From contig OZ253462.1 in NCBI GenBank assembly GCA_965261395.1, positions 5,536,001 through 5,600,000 on the forward strand: a stretch of DNA of 64,000 nt, in the 5' to 3' direction. The translations under genes and the position numbers were made by a program. Shown piece by piece: positions 1 to 8,530 of the stretch. The stretch comes from Candidatus Latescibacterota bacterium. GTDB taxonomy: Bacteria > Latescibacterota > UBA2968 > UBA8231. Each line of letters begins with the position of its first letter. Within the stretch, counting starts at the first letter, position 1. The notes beneath the pieces are model-generated. The model had not been told where the DNA came from and did no database searches. It worked only from the letters and a program-made list of their open reading frames with translations.

Positions 1-325
1 TCTCAGTCGGTGCTACTACATCTGCTCTAGTTACATTGAGTGAGAAGGCAAAGAGGGTAGAATCGGTCGCCGCATCCACTTCGTCGGCGGTTAATGCGAG
101 AGGAATTTCGGGAACGGGCACTACACGCGTTGGCAAGATGGGCCCAATGCCATTCTCATAGCTTTCAAAGTCTATTACTTCAATGAAGCGACTCTCTGAA
201 AGCGGCCCCTGCTTGGCGTCGACCCAAGTTGTGTTGCCCGGAATGGCGAACAGGCGCAACTCCGCAGCAGCATGTACTACCCAACCTGCCAAAACCAGCG
301 CGGCGACACAAATCCCAATTCTCAT
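1..325 (-). CDS. Secreted hypothetical protein, 5' part only (runs off the window)
   Basis: Read by hand: ATG at 325 after GGGGAG; MRIGICVAALVLAGWVVHAAA looks like a signal peptide; frame open to base 1. Confidence 0.7.
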   Translation of the reverse strand, partial: MRIGICVAALVLAGWVVHAAAELRLFAIPGNTTWVDAKQGPLSESRFIEVIDFESYENGIGPILPTRVVPVPEIPLALTADEVDAATDSTLFAFSLNVTRADVVAPTE

Positions 326-438
326 TCCGATTCTCCCCGGTAGAATTTGCGCTGCCCGGATCTCAGCATGGGCAAACTAGGAGCGAGGTATTATAACGCG
401 AGGAGGATAGCTACCTAAACTATGCGATAGCCACAAGA

Positions 439-483
439 TAATTTTAAGGAGAGGAGGAAGCATTCCCCCTCTCCTTAAAATTA
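439..483 (-). terminator. Inverted repeat, probable intrinsic terminator downstream of 506-1402
   Basis: TAATTTTAAGGAGAGG (439-454) is the exact reverse complement of CCTCTCCTTAAAATTA (468-483). Confidence 0.7.
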
Positions 484-505
484 AGAAAACAGCAGGATGC
501 TACTG

Positions 506-1402
506 TTACTCAAACGCGGCCTTGATGCGGCCCCAAGAGTCTTCTTCGACTGCCGTTTCACCAGTTCCGACCAAGCGACCATCGGCGAAGCGCTCGGCAT
601 AGCGCCAAGTCGCGGCCTGACCAGTCAAGGTGTGAAAAGCGCGGTAGTTGCTCGGCTCGATATCCATGTCTGGAATCGAAATTTGGAAGCCAATGATCTT
701 GCCGTCGAAGAGAGGCGACGGAACGCTGTCATCCGGGCTGTTCCAGATCAGGTCGTCGAAAGGCGTGACGAAGAATTCAAGGGCTGTAACCGTCGGTCCG
801 TCGCCGACCGAACCGCCACCGCCATCGGCGTAGGGCAGCGAGTTGACCCACTCGGTGCCTTTGCCCAGATAGCCAACATGACGGCCGTCAGGAGTATCGC
901 CGATAGCCACATACTGCTGAGCCGTGCGGTTGTTGTTCAGGTCCTTCTCTTCGTCGGTCCAGTTCTCATCGGCCGAACCAGTATAATCGCCACCGGTGTG
1001 GTCGCCATCAAGCATGAACTCAATGGAGTCTTGCCTCCACAAGCTACCCAAGTCACCGCCAGCGTATTCGTTGATGTACGTATTGTCGATGCGCTCCATA
1101 CCCAGCCAGATGGTGCCGGCATTGCCGTTCCAACCCAGCCAAATGCGATAATCTAGGTCCGCCGGATCGTACTGGGCACCCTCGCCCACGGTCGGATCCG
1201 CAAAGAAATCAGTAGCGATCAGCGAAGGGTCACCAATTACATCTTCCCAGTCGGCTATGCTGGCATCGCGCAGATCAATATCAGCCAGATCAGCTTCGGG
1301 GAGCTCAAAGAGCAGGTAAACCTGTTCGCCAATATGCGCACTGGCACCGCTCGTCAGGCCCAATATCAGGCCCATAGCGACAAGGCCATATAGACGTTTC
1401 AT
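506..1402 (-). CDS. Secreted acidic protein, possibly CBM9/DOMON-like sugar-binding fold, with C-terminal TAVEEDSWGRIKAAFE tail
   Basis: Start re-set to MKRLYGLVAMG after AAGGAG; signal peptide ending ASA; 'WRQDSIEFMLDGD' and 'IIGFQISIPDMD' resemble CBM9-like motifs. Confidence 0.65.
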   Translation of the reverse strand: MKRLYGLVAMGLILGLTSGASAHIGEQVYLLFELPEADLADIDLRDASIADWEDVIGDPSLIATDFFADPTVGEGAQYDPADLDYRIWLGWNGNAGTIWLGMERIDNTYINEYAGGDLGSLWRQDSIEFMLDGDHTGGDYTGSADENWTDEEKDLNNNRTAQQYVAIGDTPDGRHVGYLGKGTEWVNSLPYADGGGGSVGDGPTVTALEFFVTPFDDLIWNSPDDSVPSPLFDGKIIGFQISIPDMDIEPSNYRAFHTLTGQAATWRYAERFADGRLVGTGETAVEEDSWGRIKAAFE

Positions 1403-1611
1403 AAGCTGCAACTCCTTCCAATATCCCTTATCGGGAGTGTGGTGGTGTTTGGGGTAACAACCTTTTCGGCTCAATCTGCGTAGTAGCATGGGCTATCGCT
1501 TATTGCCTCCGTAGGTCTGTCTTCCCCTCGTAGAAAGCTACGCCCACTAGCAATCGACATCCGACCTTCCCGACCAGTCGGAGCCGCTGTAGAGGGCCTT
1601 TTATTCGGCGT

Positions 1612-1640
1612 AATATAGGATATTCGCCACTATGTTGCAA
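1612..1640 (-). promoter_or_regulatory. Sigma70-type promoter for 506-1402
   Basis: Minus strand TTGCAA (1640-1635), 17-nt spacer, TATATT (1617-1612). Confidence 0.55.
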
Positions 1641-1701
1641 GTATTTACACTCTGCAGGGATCGGTCAGTAAGCAGGACGCACTTATTGAGAATCTCCGGC
1701 G

Positions 1702-2643
1702 CTATCTATCGTCATTACTGTCTCCGGTGTTACTATCTCCGGCGCTTTCTTCAGCACTGTCGTCAGCACTGTCGTCAGCACTGTCGTCAGCACTGTCGTC
1801 AGCGCTTTCTTCGTCCTTATCTTCCCGAAAGCGAATCTGCTTTATGTCGTGCATACCAATCGCAAACGGACTCGAACCCATAACGCCCGTAAAGGCCCGG
1901 TTGACGCGCTCGAAATAGCTCCTGTCGGTCTCGCCCGAGAGGCGAACTATGCTCGCCTCGACCGTGCCCATAACGCTTTTTCCCGACCAATAGGTTGCCG
2001 TTATCGGCCTGAACTCGTCGCCCGTCCCGCCGTCCTCAAAGTCGATTCGCTCTACTTTGTTTAGGGGGATAAAGCGCTTGTCGCGGCCCCTAAAAAAGTC
2101 GAGCCGCTGCTTGCCGTGAAAGCGCAAGTTTTCCACCTCAAAACGCCTGCCGTTTGTCGTAATGATCGTGGCCTTAAGGATCTTTTCTTCAGGCGGCTCC
2201 TCGCCAACGGGATGGCGCAAGACAATCTCTTGCACATCGCTGGCGAGGATGAAGAACGGCCCCAACTCGGTCACCCCAGCGAAGCGACGCCCACTACTTC
2301 CACCGCCAACGGCGTCTTGGTGGGGCGAAGAAGAGCCGCCCGTCACCATCAAGCCCGCTTCTTGGCCGCCATTCCGGAATACGAGCACGACGCGCTGTTC
2401 CTCATCGCTGCGCTCCCCTTCAAAGCGCAACCGAGCCACCTTGACCAGTTCCACCAACCGACGCTGTCCTTGGACGTAGATTGCCAAATCCTGACGCCCT
2501 TGAAAGGTGAACTTATCTACTTGGTGCTGGTTGCCGTAGCGATCGATAATAGTCGCCTTGAGAGGAGAAGTAGCAGCTCCACTGGCCGACACCCATAGCG
2601 CGGCCAAGAGTGCAGCTCCACCCCATAGTCCTTTGCGCTTCAT
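1702..2643 (-). CDS. Secreted hypothetical protein with two internally homologous domains and an acidic repeat tail
   Basis: Signal peptide; 'LKATIIDRYG...VARLRFEG' and 'LKATIITTNG...VERIDFED' are repeats; SADD repeats at the C-terminus. Confidence 0.75.
   Translation of the reverse strand: MKRKGLWGGAALLAALWVSASGAATSPLKATIIDRYGNQHQVDKFTFQGRQDLAIYVQGQRRLVELVKVARLRFEGERSDEEQRVVLVFRNGGQEAGLMVTGGSSSPHQDAVGGGSSGRRFAGVTELGPFFILASDVQEIVLRHPVGEEPPEEKILKATIITTNGRRFEVENLRFHGKQRLDFFRGRDKRFIPLNKVERIDFEDGGTGDEFRPITATYWSGKSVMGTVEASIVRLSGETDRSYFERVNRAFTGVMGSSPFAIGMHDIKQIRFREDKDEESADDSADDSADDSADDSAEESAGDSNTGDSNDDR
1751..1803. repeat. 12-bp coding tandem repeat (TCAGCACTGTCG x4 plus a partial copy)
   Basis: Four perfect copies seen directly; encodes (ADDS)n in the minus-strand gene. 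Confidence 0.95.
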
Positions 2644-2663
2644 GGTATTGCTCCGCGATAAGC

Positions 2664-3362
2664 CTAAGGCTGTGCGTCCCCTTCGCCTCCGCTTTCGCCC
2701 GGTTGTGCCGGCGAGGGGGGCGGTCCGATGAGAATGTTCTGGGTCCGTCCCATGCTCACCTGCACGGGCCTGATTTCGTCCGTACCAGTGGGAGAATTTT
2801 CAATTCGAATCTTGTACTCTCCCACCGGCACGATAAAGTAGCGCACCTCTGTCGAGGTCATCCCCCGGCCCAGCATAGTCCGCAAATTGTAGTCAAAGAT
2901 TAGAAAAGGTACCTGACTGCGGCCTTGGGCATCGGAAAAAATGACCTGAAAACGGCCGATGGGTATGGTCGCGTACATTTCCTGCCCCATCAGGACTTCG
3001 ACTTCCTTCTCGACGCTGTCGTCGATATCCGTATTGACCACAACCCGATAACTGCCAGGATCCAGATCGACGAATTGCGGCAGGGAGCGGTAGCCCGTTT
3101 CGTATCCTATGGGCGAACTCGCGGCCATGCGCGGCGACTCCGAGTGGACCTCCTCGCCGGTCTCTTCGTCGAGTACGTAGTAATTTACTTCGTTGATCCC
3201 TCCCATCTCCAACATGAGCCGCCCCTGGCCCTCGGGAATGGGCGGCAGCCCATAGCCACCGCCGCTGCCTCCAGTGGTGGTGGCGCAGCCAGCTACAACA
3301 GCCGCTAGAGCACCGACCAGAAGCCACTTTCGCATCTGTGTATATTCGACTTTCGACGCCAT
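2664..3362 (-). CDS. Hypothetical lipoprotein
   Basis: RBS AAGGAGG before ATG 3362 (alternative ATG 3335); lipobox VVAGC. Confidence 0.75.
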   Translation of the reverse strand: MASKVEYTQMRKWLLVGALAAVVAGCATTTGGSGGGYGLPPIPEGQGRLMLEMGGINEVNYYVLDEETGEEVHSESPRMAASSPIGYETGYRSLPQFVDLDPGSYRVVVNTDIDDSVEKEVEVLMGQEMYATIPIGRFQVIFSDAQGRSQVPFLIFDYNLRTMLGRGMTSTEVRYFIVPVGEYKIRIENSPTGTDEIRPVQVSMGRTQNILIGPPPSPAQPGESGGEGDAQP

Positions 3363-3438
3363 CTTTCCCTCCTTGTGACGAGCTGTGGAAAACGGACTTA
3401 ACTGCCTAAGAGCCCAAGATGGTGGACATAAGGTGAAC

Positions 3439-3467
3439 ATAATATATAGGCTCTCTGCCGCTGTCAA
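3439..3467 (-). promoter_or_regulatory. Sigma70-type promoter for the lipoprotein gene
   Basis: TTGACA (3467-3462), 17-nt spacer, TATTAT (3444-3439). Confidence 0.55.
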
Positions 3468-5078
3468 CTACTCGTCGCGGCCGGAGAGAGATACGAGAAT
3501 GAAGTGCCGATCCTCTCTTGGCTGCCGGGTGACGAAGCGCATAAACTCGGCTTTGTCGTGCCACTGGCGCGGGTGCGCCGAAGGGGTCGTCACGCCCCGG
3601 CGCAAGAGATCTTGCCAAAAAGGCTCGTTTTCCACGGCGAAGCCAGCCGCGACCAGAAAATAGTCTGCGCCCTCGGCCGCGAGGCTGTCGAGCCGCTCTG
3701 GAGCAAACTCGGGCGGGGCTATTTGCCATCCCTTGCGATGGCAGTAATAGAGCAAACTCGGGCTTTGCGATCGGTGGGGCACTCCGGTATTTTCGTCCTC
3801 GTCGCCGATGACCAGCAGCGCATCCTGCGGCAACTTGGCATCGATTATCTGGCCCACCAAGTGGCAGCTTTGGTAGTAGTTGTGCCAATTGTTGGGCTGT
3901 GCATAATACGGCCTAACCGCCCAAGCACTGTAGGCGGCGACCCCGACGATCAGGGTACATAACAAAACGACGCGCCAGCGGTGTTTCCAGTTCCGCGCGA
4001 ACCGACACCAGCCCGCCGATGCGGCATCTGCCCCGATAATGGCTTCGAGCGCCCGTCCAGCCAGCAGGGCCCCAACCGGGGCAAAGGGTAGCAGGTAGTA
4101 ATGCAATCGGCGGTTACCCTCGGGGATGACAAAGACATAGAGCACCAGCCCTCCCATCCACACCCAGAGCGTCCACTCGCGCCGTTGGGTAGGAGCTAGG
4201 GCGAGTCCAGCCAAAACTAGGACCGCCCCCACAGGCGTATAGACCCTATGCCAGAAGCGCTCCAAAATCGTCAAGTAGAAATCAACCGTAAAGAGCAGGC
4301 TGCGGTCCCATTTGTCATAGCCGTAGCGATTCCAGATGCCAAACGTCAGGCCGGTCTCCTCAAAGAGCAGGCTGGCATGCCAGTACCAGAATACGGCGGG
4401 TGCCAAGGCTAGCACGAGGTAGAGCCAAAGCACGGGCTTGAGGGCGAAGCGCCACCCCCATCGAACCCAAGCTAAGGCGACCAGTGGAAAGCCGAGATAG
4501 AGGGTAGGTATTTTGACGAGGAAACACAGGGCGGCCAAAAGGGTAGCCAGCGCAAAGTCCCATCGGCGACCGCTGTCAATCCACCGCGCGAAAGCCCAAA
4601 GCGACCCCACGCTCAAGAGGACCATCAGCGCCTCGGGCATAAAGGTGCGCCCGTAGTAGATGCTCATGGGAAAAAGCAGATAGAGCAGGGCAGCCAACAG
4701 CGCGCCCGGCCTCCCCATGCCCAATCGCAGGCCCAGCCAATAGAGCAGCGCCGCCGCCGCCGTCGAGCACAGCGCCGCCACGAGCCGCCCGAGCCATTCA
4801 TAGGAGCCGTCGGCGACGGCGTAGAGCAGGGCAACGACGAAGGGGTATAGAGGAAAATTCGTCTCCACATACCCAGGGGTGGTACCGCGCCAATCAACGC
4901 GCGGATAGAAGAGCGAATAGCCCTCTTCGTAAAAATTGCGGGCTATGGCGGCCGTGTCCGTCTGGCGCCAAGCCTGCTTGTCGGTCAGGGGATCTTGCAG
5001 GTTTACAAACCGCAGGGCCAACCCCAGGGCGAGGACAATATAGAGGTAAGAAACGCCCGTAGCCCCCTTCGTTTGCAT
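3468..5078 (-). CDS. ArnT/PMT-family (GT-C) membrane glycosyltransferase
   Basis: Many TM segments; 'WRQTDTAAIARNF', 'FPLY', 'RTFMPE' and 'LVK' motifs. Confidence 0.85.
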   Translation of the reverse strand: MQTKGATGVSYLYIVLALGLALRFVNLQDPLTDKQAWRQTDTAAIARNFYEEGYSLFYPRVDWRGTTPGYVETNFPLYPFVVALLYAVADGSYEWLGRLVAALCSTAAAALLYWLGLRLGMGRPGALLAALLYLLFPMSIYYGRTFMPEALMVLLSVGSLWAFARWIDSGRRWDFALATLLAALCFLVKIPTLYLGFPLVALAWVRWGWRFALKPVLWLYLVLALAPAVFWYWHASLLFEETGLTFGIWNRYGYDKWDRSLLFTVDFYLTILERFWHRVYTPVGAVLVLAGLALAPTQRREWTLWVWMGGLVLYVFVIPEGNRRLHYYLLPFAPVGALLAGRALEAIIGADAASAGWCRFARNWKHRWRVVLLCTLIVGVAAYSAWAVRPYYAQPNNWHNYYQSCHLVGQIIDAKLPQDALLVIGDEDENTGVPHRSQSPSLLYYCHRKGWQIAPPEFAPERLDSLAAEGADYFLVAAGFAVENEPFWQDLLRRGVTTPSAHPRQWHDKAEFMRFVTRQPREDRHFILVSLSGRDE

Positions 5079-5084
5079 GTCAGA

Positions 5085-6260
5085 TCAGTAGGGGCGCCAG
5101 CTCGGCGACATATCGTCGCGGTCGTCGTTGTCGGTCAGATTGATGGGCATCAGCGGCGGCGCGTCCATCTCGTCCAAATCAAATCCGGCCGTTCCGATCA
5201 AGTAAATGTCGTATTCGTCGCCGCCCATCTTGCCCGCATAAGCTATGCCCTTGCCGTCGGGCGACCAGACGGGCTCTTGCTCGTAGGTCTCCTCGGCAAT
5301 CGAGATTCGGGTCTGCCCTTGGCCATCGGCCCGCATGAGCATCAGCTCTTGGCCGCCAAATTCCTCCGAGTTGTAAACCAAGTAGTCGCCCTTTGGAGAA
5401 AATGACGCGAACATGTCGAGCTTGCGCCGATTCTCGGTGAGGCGAGTCCGATTCGACCCGTCGAGATCGATGAGATAGATCTCGTCGTTGTCGTCGAAGG
5501 CCGAAGAAGTAAAGGCGATGCGGCGGCCGTCGGGCGAAAACGAAGGCTGGCCGCCTTGGACCAACTTCCGCGGGTTGGCCCCGTCGGCGTCCATGAGCCA
5601 GATGGCCACATCGCCGTCGCGCTGGCTGCCGAAGGCGATCGTCTCGCCGTCGGGCGAAAAAACGCCGCGCTGGTCGCGCTCGGGATGTTCGGTTAGGCGC
5701 ACGACATTAGCGCTATCGGCGTCCATGACGTAGAGGTCGATGTTGGTCATCACATCGCCGCGGGTGAAGAGGATTTTCTTGCCGTCGGGCGACCAAGAGG
5801 GATGCTGCTCGGGCTCGCGGGTGTGAGTTAGCTGCTGGCGCTCACTGCCATCGGCCTTGATGGTAAACAAGTCCCAGTTGCGGACGTTTTTCTTGGTTGA
5901 AGCGTAGAGGATCGTGCCCTCGCGTTTGAAAGCGGCATTGCTGCCAGCGGGAATGTCGAAAATCGCCTCGTAGGTCCGCACGCCCCACAGCGGCGGCGAT
6001 TCCACTTGCAAGACCTTATTCTCCATATAATTCCCCGCGGCGACATTGACTGCGTACGCGCCACCGCCCAATTCGATCTTACTGTCCGGCTCGGGCAAGA
6101 CGTAGATTCCAGCTTTGACCAAGTGATTAAATTTGTATTGGACGTCATTGGCGTCCAAGCGCACCAACTGGCCGTCACCACCCCTGATCTCGACTTTAAC
6201 TTGGTTCGAGCCACATCCTGCGATAGCGACGGCTAAAACCAATACAGATAGCTTGAGCAT
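5085..6260 (-). CDS. TolB-like lipoprotein with PD40 beta-propeller repeats
   Basis: Lipobox IAGC; repeated PSWSPDG/FSPDG motifs. Confidence 0.85.
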   Translation of the reverse strand: MLKLSVLVLAVAIAGCGSNQVKVEIRGGDGQLVRLDANDVQYKFNHLVKAGIYVLPEPDSKIELGGGAYAVNVAAGNYMENKVLQVESPPLWGVRTYEAIFDIPAGSNAAFKREGTILYASTKKNVRNWDLFTIKADGSERQQLTHTREPEQHPSWSPDGKKILFTRGDVMTNIDLYVMDADSANVVRLTEHPERDQRGVFSPDGETIAFGSQRDGDVAIWLMDADGANPRKLVQGGQPSFSPDGRRIAFTSSAFDDNDEIYLIDLDGSNRTRLTENRRKLDMFASFSPKGDYLVYNSEEFGGQELMLMRADGQGQTRISIAEETYEQEPVWSPDGKGIAYAGKMGGDEYDIYLIGTAGFDLDEMDAPPLMPINLTDNDDRDDMSPSWRPY

Positions 6261-6296
6261 GTATTCTCCTTACTGAATTATTGTACACTCGGCTGA

Positions 6297-6980
6297 TCAG
6301 GCTAGACCACTGAGTATCCGCAAGCGCTTGCCGAGATGATCCATCAACTCGTTGATATTGGTGAAGGAATCCGCGTAGAGCGGTTCGTCAACCCGAAAGT
6401 ACACCCGAGCCCCAGGCCGAGTGTAACTTTCGTATTCTAGGCCAATGGGGATCAGCGGCACGCGCATCCCCCATCGTTTCTCTGCCTGTACCAGATGCTC
6501 TATCACTTCCTTTTTCAGCGGCCCCAACTCGTCCCGGTAGCGCGTGCCCTCTGGATGCGACACGACCAGTTCTCCGTGGCGGTAGAGCCTGTCTAAGTAA
6601 TCCTGCATTTGTTGGTTGGCCGCACGGGCACGGGCGATTTCGGCGCGGCGTTGTTGCCGGTCCGCGATCCGCCTGACATCTTTGGGGCGCACTACCTTGA
6701 GCCCCCCGCACCACTCCGAGACTCCCCACACGCCGACCTTCATAATGTAGGTAGCATAGCGTCGGGCGATTCTGTACAGCAAGACTCCTTCGACGAGGGG
6801 GTCGCGATAGGCGCAATGCTTGGGCAAGAGCAAGCCAGGTCCCTCGCGCGGCAGGTGGTGCCCGCCCTCGACGGAGAGGCGGTAATAGCTCAAGGCACCT
6901 GCCGCGAGTAAGCGAGCACCGCAGGCGAGGGCATCCACGCGCTTGAGGGAAAAGTCTTTATGCTCAGGCTCTGCGGACAT
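6297..6980 (-). CDS. PlsC-family (lyso)phospholipid acyltransferase
   Basis: HxxxxD motif (HCAYRD), 'PEGTR' and 'VPLIPIG' motifs. Confidence 0.8.
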   Translation of the reverse strand: MSAEPEHKDFSLKRVDALACGARLLAAGALSYYRLSVEGGHHLPREGPGLLLPKHCAYRDPLVEGVLLYRIARRYATYIMKVGVWGVSEWCGGLKVVRPKDVRRIADRQQRRAEIARARAANQQMQDYLDRLYRHGELVVSHPEGTRYRDELGPLKKEVIEHLVQAEKRWGMRVPLIPIGLEYESYTRPGARVYFRVDEPLYADSFTNINELMDHLGKRLRILSGLA

Positions 6981-6984
6981 GACC

Positions 6985-7440
6985 CTACCTGAACAAGTCC
7001 TTTACCTTGCCCCAGGTGCTTTCGTCCACTTCTGTAGACAGGGGTTGCAACAGATCTTGACCCGGGCCGGCCAAGCGCAAAGTGCCCTCGGGATCTATGG
7101 TTGCGAAATAATCTCCGTCGGCGTCCAGCCGCGCTTTGATATACGCGGGTACCTCTGGGGACTGCGCGGCCATAGCGGCCGACCACAGGGTCAGGCCCTC
7201 GGCCATCGCTAGCACTTGTCCGTCGCGGACAATGGCGACAAACCGCTGCTCGGCATCCTGCGCGCGCAACTGCCGCCATAGCTGTAAAACCCGCTGGCGC
7301 TGTGGGGCCCTATCGGGCGAGAAGACGTAGAATACGCGGCTGTCTTCCGGCAGGGCCTGAATCTCGCTGCTGCCCGCTCCACGCGCTGCGACCAGCAGCA
7401 GGACCAAGCTCGTCGTCCATGTCGTTCGTAGTGCGTTCAT
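6985..7440 (-). CDS. Small secreted protein with C-terminal TEVDESTWGKVKDLFR tail
   Basis: Start re-set to MNALRTT; signal peptide; tail matches that of 506-1402. Confidence 0.7.
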   Translation of the reverse strand: MNALRTTWTTSLVLLLVAARGAGSSEIQALPEDSRVFYVFSPDRAPQRQRVLQLWRQLRAQDAEQRFVAIVRDGQVLAMAEGLTLWSAAMAAQSPEVPAYIKARLDADGDYFATIDPEGTLRLAGPGQDLLQPLSTEVDESTWGKVKDLFR

Positions 7441-7447
7441 ATCGACC

Positions 7448-8530
7448 TTATTCGGCGCGAATTCCGTAGTCCCTTTGCACGGCGTCATCCCCTTGCAGAA
7501 TCCTCACCAGCGACAGGTGTTGGCTGAGCACCTGTTCGACTTGCACGACGCCGACCCGGCGCGGCAAGGACGTTCCCAACACCTCGCCGGTATCCGGGTC
7601 TTTCAGTTCCCGCCCCTTGTCCCACACGCCGTACTTGTTGCCTTTCTGCACTGAATCGGCTAATCCCACGTTAATATAGGCGCGCAACCGCACTCGCACA
7701 GATTGGCCGTTCTCCCTTGTATCAGCCTGCACTGTATCAGCCACCACCTCTATGATTTTCGGTTCGGAAACCTTGAGTGCGGCTGGGGGTTGGATGAGGC
7801 TGTCCAGCCCGGCGGCCAAGTGGTCCAGACATCGGCTCACCGATTTGCCCAGCAAGGTTTGGTGGAATTCCTCGCTCCCCCACTCCATCTGCCCCAAGAG
7901 GAAGTACTCCTTTTCCAGTGGCACATAGGCCGCCGGGTTGGTGATCCCATAGCGCTTGCTGTCCTCAATTACCTCCCGCACCACCTCGCCGGCTGCTTCT
8001 CCGTCTATGACCTTATAGGGATATAGCCGCACCGTGGTCAGTCCCTGATAGCTGCGATAGCCGCCGATGGGCACGGTGGCGCGGAAGCGCTTCATGCTCA
8101 TCTCGTCGATCTGCCCCAAGACGACGTAGTCGGCGTCCACCTCGCGGCCAATGGCCAAGGCACGCTCAACATCGACCTTGCCTTGCAATTCTTTCTTTTT
8201 GAGCCGCACGAGTGCCGAATCAATGGACAAGGTGCTGAAAAAGGCACTGCCGCGCAGCGAATCGGCCAAGCCGCGAGGAATGGCCGAGTAGATGTTCCAC
8301 TCGCCTTTGTATTTCGATTTGTCGCGAAAGGGTATAAAAAGCAACCGCTGCTTCAGCTCCTCCGAGATGGTGTTGTCGCTGAGTACCGGCTTCCTTGGGG
8401 CCTCTTCCTCTTCTTTTTTCTCGCCCAATCCCATAATCGGCATCACGGCCGCCGCCCCGTCTGCTCCCCAGTACAGCGCGGCCAGCAAGGCAAATCCACC
8501 CCGCAAAAGCCACCTGTGTCTATCGGACAT
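7448..8530 (-). CDS. Exported CsgG/TolB-N-like protein with FlgT-C-like C-terminus
   Basis: Start re-set to MSDRHRW; 'AIGREVDADYVVLGQI' and 'ELKDPDTGEVLG' motifs. Confidence 0.6.
   Translation of the reverse strand: MSDRHRWLLRGGFALLAALYWGADGAAAVMPIMGLGEKKEEEEAPRKPVLSDNTISEELKQRLLFIPFRDKSKYKGEWNIYSAIPRGLADSLRGSAFFSTLSIDSALVRLKKKELQGKVDVERALAIGREVDADYVVLGQIDEMSMKRFRATVPIGGYRSYQGLTTVRLYPYKVIDGEAAGEVVREVIEDSKRYGITNPAAYVPLEKEYFLLGQMEWGSEEFHQTLLGKSVSRCLDHLAAGLDSLIQPPAALKVSEPKIIEVVADTVQADTRENGQSVRVRLRAYINVGLADSVQKGNKYGVWDKGRELKDPDTGEVLGTSLPRRVGVVQVEQVLSQHLSLVRILQGDDAVQRDYGIRAE

Noticed and set aside
1751-1803. Short repeats as a possible CRISPR array
   Set aside because: Contiguous 12-bp units without spacers, inside a CDS; no cas genes in the window
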